From the NCBI GenBank assembly GCA_963792965.1, contig CAWBYW010000004.1, forward strand, positions 64,001-128,000: a stretch of 64,000 bases of DNA. The letters are read 5' to 3'. This DNA comes from an uncultured delta proteobacterium. GTDB lineage: Bacteria; Desulfobacterota; Zymogenia; Zymogenales; Zymogenaceae. Positions 60,602 through 64,000 of this stretch are shown here, one piece after another. Every line of letters starts with the position of its first letter. Position 1 is the stretch's first letter. The translations under genes and the position numbers were made by a program. The notes below the pieces were generated by a model. That model made no database searches and was not told where the DNA came from. It worked only from the letters and a program-made list of their open reading frames with translations.

Positions 60602-61530
60602 ATGAAAAAAATCCTCAAGGTATCCCTTATCGTCGTCGGATGTCTGATCGTGGTCGGCCTGGTGGCGGGCTATCTGCTCCTTTACCATGCCCCGATCCCG
60701 AAAACCGCGACCTTTACCTCGATTTGGCGCAAGTACGGAACCTTGCCAAGTCGGGCGGTGGCGACCTCCCTGTTGAGGTCAGGTCACTCGTCGTGGCCGA
60801 GGGGGCATTCCCCCGGTGGATGGTCGTCGCCGGTGGGGGGAGCGGAGAGATCCCGATAGCCTTCGTTGCCTATCAGATCGTCTATCCCGACAGGACCGTC
60901 GTCATCGACGCCGCGGCAGATTCGAAGGGTTTCGAGCAGCAGATGCCGTCTCCGCTGAGATCGTTCGATGAAAAGAATTATACTATCCTCCAGGACGCCC
61001 TCACGAGCGCATCACTGGTCATGATCACCCATGAGCATTTCGATCACGTCGGCGGCATTGCCACCTCGCCTTCTCTTAACGCGATCCTGCCGCACCTGCT
61101 CCTCACAAAAGAACAGGTCGAAAGCCCGGTAATGAAAGACGTGGGATTTCCCGCGGGCGCGCTTAACGGCTTTAAGGCGCTCACCTATGACCGGTACTAT
61201 CGGGCCGCCCCGGGTATCGTCCTCATCAAGGCCCCGGGACATACGCCGGGCCAGCAGATGATCTTTGTAGCGACCAAGGGCGGGACGGAGTATCTGTTTG
61301 TCAGCGATATCGTCTGGAATCGCGAAAACCTGAAGCGGCAACTCGACCGGCCGCTCTTGGTGAACCTCGTGTTGCACGAGAACCTGAAGCCGGCCCGGGG
61401 CGAGATCCGATGGATCATCGACAACCTCTACAACAACCCGAATAACAAGATCGTCTACGTCGTTTCTCATGACGGAGGCCAGCTTCGGGAATACGTCAAG
61501 GCGGGCGTGATCAAGGACGGGTTCAAATAA
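60602..61530 (+). CDS. Membrane-anchored metallo-beta-lactamase-fold hydrolase (frameshift near 60710)
   Basis: N-terminal TM; THEHFDH, PGHTPG, SHD. Confidence 0.85.
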
Positions 61531-61690
61531 GGTCAGAAAATTACAGGACACGGGCCGGAAGAACTCGGATGGCCGCATTGGCTGAGGTGAGAAGTCGCTT
61601 CGTGTCGCGCTCCGGAGATCTCTGATTTGCGGATAGGAAAGACGTCGGAGGCTTCTGGAAACTTGATCTGGGCGCCGTAACTATCGACGT

Positions 61691-62710
61691 CTATGCTTTT
61701 CCCCGTCTCTCATAAAGGCTTTTCTGGTGAGCCGCCCACTCCTCGAAGTTCGCCTTGATGGCGTTGAACTCCTGGTTGCTGTCGATGTCGAGCGCCGCCC
61801 CGCCGTACGTTGTCTCCACCGTCCTGAGGCGCGTGCCGAGGACCGCCCCTACGGCCGGCTCCACCTGGTCGTGGAGGCTGATGATCATGCGCAGCCGCTC
61901 TGAAACGGACGTGAGCCCCATCGAGGTGAGCATCAGGGCGGCCTGGAGAATCGCGAAGTAGAAGAGGGATTTCAGGCTCTTCTTCTCCGTCCATACGAGC
62001 TCCCAGGCCAGCTTCGCGATATCCCGCCACTCCCGCTGGTGGCGGTACTCGTACATCTTCTCGATGTATATCTTATTCGCGATGGCAAACGGGCGGCCGA
62101 TGTGCAGGTTGTTCTGACGAAAGAGCCCTTCCCTGAAGTGAAAGTAGGCGTGCTTGATTCCCTTTTTCTTCTTCCTCTTCCCCTTTCGACGCTGGGGATA
62201 GTAGTCGGCAAGATTCGTGTTCCTCGAGACTCCGGGCTGGTAATCGTAGTTCGCGAGATCGGCGTTAGCCAACAGCTCGTCTACTTCATAGGGAGTGAGC
62301 AACGGGATGTCGCCGGGCAGGAACATGATAACCTTGTTCCAATAACGGGTGCCCCGGTATGACTCGGGGTCGACTGATGCGGTATGCCCGGGTATGGTAA
62401 AGAGGAAGCCGTTCCAGGCGTTGGCATAGAGGCTGTCCCACTGATTGAGGACCGTGACCTTCTTTCCGTGCGCGTCGGTCCGCCCCGCGGCCAGCGCGTC
62501 CTCAATTCTTTTTTTCGGACCAACGATGTATATATCGTTGACGTACCGCGCTGCGGACAGAGCCTCCACGATATAGCAGATGACCGCCCTATCGTTGATG
62601 ACGAGCAGCGACTTGTTCTTCCCTTTGACCTTTCGGCTGGCCTTACGGTCCCCCGCCACGATAACGGCGTCGTAGCGCTCGGTTGTGCCTTCCGTTTTTC
62701 CTGTTTTCAT
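61691..62710 (-). CDS. Nucleotidyltransferase (MobA-like NTP_transf) family protein
   Basis: AVIVAG...NKSLL, PGDIPLL. Confidence 0.75.
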   Translation of the reverse strand: MKTGKTEGTTERYDAVIVAGDRKASRKVKGKNKSLLVINDRAVICYIVEALSAARYVNDIYIVGPKKRIEDALAAGRTDAHGKKVTVLNQWDSLYANAWNGFLFTIPGHTASVDPESYRGTRYWNKVIMFLPGDIPLLTPYEVDELLANADLANYDYQPGVSRNTNLADYYPQRRKGKRKKKKGIKHAYFHFREGLFRQNNLHIGRPFAIANKIYIEKMYEYRHQREWRDIAKLAWELVWTEKKSLKSLFYFAILQAALMLTSMGLTSVSERLRMIISLHDQVEPAVGAVLGTRLRTVETTYGGAALDIDSNQEFNAIKANFEEWAAHQKSLYERRGKA

Positions 62711-62870
62711 AGGCCACAAAAATATAGCAATCACGCCCTGTTAAGTCAAGCAGTATATGACCTTTTTGTTGACATGCGGGCGTTTTATGATACGGTATGG
62801 AGAAGGCCGCGTTTCGGAGACGGGGCGGCCGGGTTTTCCCTTCATCGGCGAGTATCGACAGGTGTCATGG

Positions 62871-63927
62871 ATGGCGACCATTCGCGTCGGATTGATCGGG
62901 GCGGGCCTCTTGGGCCTGACCCATTCGGTGTCGTTACTGCTATTGAAAAACGCCGGCCTCTTTGACCTCGAGCTCGTCTCGGTCTACGATCCCGAGAGGG
63001 CGGCCGCCGAGTCACTGGCCAAAAACATCGGCTTTGGGCACGTCGCTCAGTCGGCCCGCGAGATCGTTGGGGACGATACCGTCGATACCGTCTACATCGC
63101 CACCCCGACCCTTTTTCACCACGACTATGTGATCGATGCCGCCCGCGCCGGCAAGAACATCTTTTGCGAAAAGCCCCTCTTTATCGACCTTCCCGGCGCG
63201 GGAAATGGGTAACGCCGTGGCCGAGGCCGGGGTTGTGGGAGGGGTGGGGTTGGTGCTGCGGTTCTCGCCGACCTATCGTTTCATCCGTGACGAGATCGGC
63301 CGGGCCGACTGGGGCACGCCGATCATCGTCACCCTTCGCAACGACCAGTGTCTCCCGATCCGCGGACTCCACCACACCGCCTGGCGCGCCGACCGGTCGA
63401 TCTCGGGCGGCGGGGCGTTGATCGAGCACAGCATCCACGATATCGATCTCTTTTCGTGGTTCTTCGGCAGACCTAAGATCACGGACGTCTCGATCAGGTA
63501 TCTGACGGGACGCCAAGGAATCGAGGACTACGCCCGCGTCACGATGGTGTTTGAAAGCGGCATGGAGGGTGTCCTTTCCTCCATCTGGCACGACATGGTC
63601 ACCAGGGTCAGCAACCGGCGGCTGGAGATTATCTTTGATCGGCTCTATATCGCCACCGATCACGACGTTATCGGCCCCGTCGAGTATACCGAGGGAGACG
63701 GGGAGCTTGTCATCGTCGAAAAGGAGCGCGTCCTCTCGCATTTTCTTGACGTGATGGGACTTTCAGATCCGTTTTTTTCCACGCTTGACTATACGACCTT
63801 CGGGTCGTATACCGTTGAGGACTACTTTTTCATCAAGGCGGTCGTCGAGAGAAAGGCCTTCTCGCCGGGATTTTCGGAGGCCGTGGCGGCCCACGAGATC
63901 GTCGACGAGATATACCGGAGTGCCTGA
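62871..63927 (+). CDS. Gfo/Idh/MocA family oxidoreductase (frameshift near 63200)
   Basis: GLIGAG, IATPT..H, FCEKP, GGGALIEHSIHDID. Confidence 0.9.
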
Positions 63928-64000
63928 CGGCATCCGAGGCCACGTGGCAATCACACGATGGGCCGCAACGAGAGCAGGAGTTCATGAGCGGCAACACGTT

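Noticed and set aside
61691-62710. NTP transferase as the missing IspD
   Set aside because: It lacks the IspD motifs (AAG.G.R, HDAARP) and has a long unrelated C-terminus
3590-63927. Frameshifts in about 20 genes as pseudogenisation or programmed frameshifting
   Set aside because: They hit core genes (carB several times, ychF), often near short homopolymers, and leave motifs intact. This is best explained by long-read consensus errors; short-read polishing would decide.

Overview
GC-rich bacterial chromosomal window, probably from an anaerobe; the gene content suggests Desulfobacterota or a relative, which is inference only. Many genes, including carB and ychF, are broken by single-base indels that look like uncorrected long-read errors. 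1-11.6 kb: an arginine/ornithine catabolic cluster with the ortB 3' end, oraSE, a GlmL-type reactivase, an ornithine racemase fused to an arginase-fold domain whose substrate residues are replaced, a TrmB regulator, a permease, an ArcE-like arginine synthetase and carbamate kinase. 12-15.2 kb: a 4-hydroxybutyryl-CoA dehydratase paralogue missing most Fe-S ligands, plus an acyl-CoA synthetase. 15-33.6 kb: a mosaic accessory region with a fucosidase, MarR, DUF2239, a low-GC islet carrying an OLD-like ATPase, and small membrane proteins. This region is punctuated by GGGGTCA/GGGGACA-type palindromes, a pair of covarying hairpins, five copies of one promoter module and orphan gene ends. 33.7-41 kb: a YfcC transporter and acetone carboxylase-like acxABC. 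41-64 kb: mostly housekeeping (gltX, ispF, carD, tRNA-Gln, galT, carAB). No CRISPR array, rRNA, integrase or transposase was seen. Family calls come from motif recognition by eye; no database search was run.
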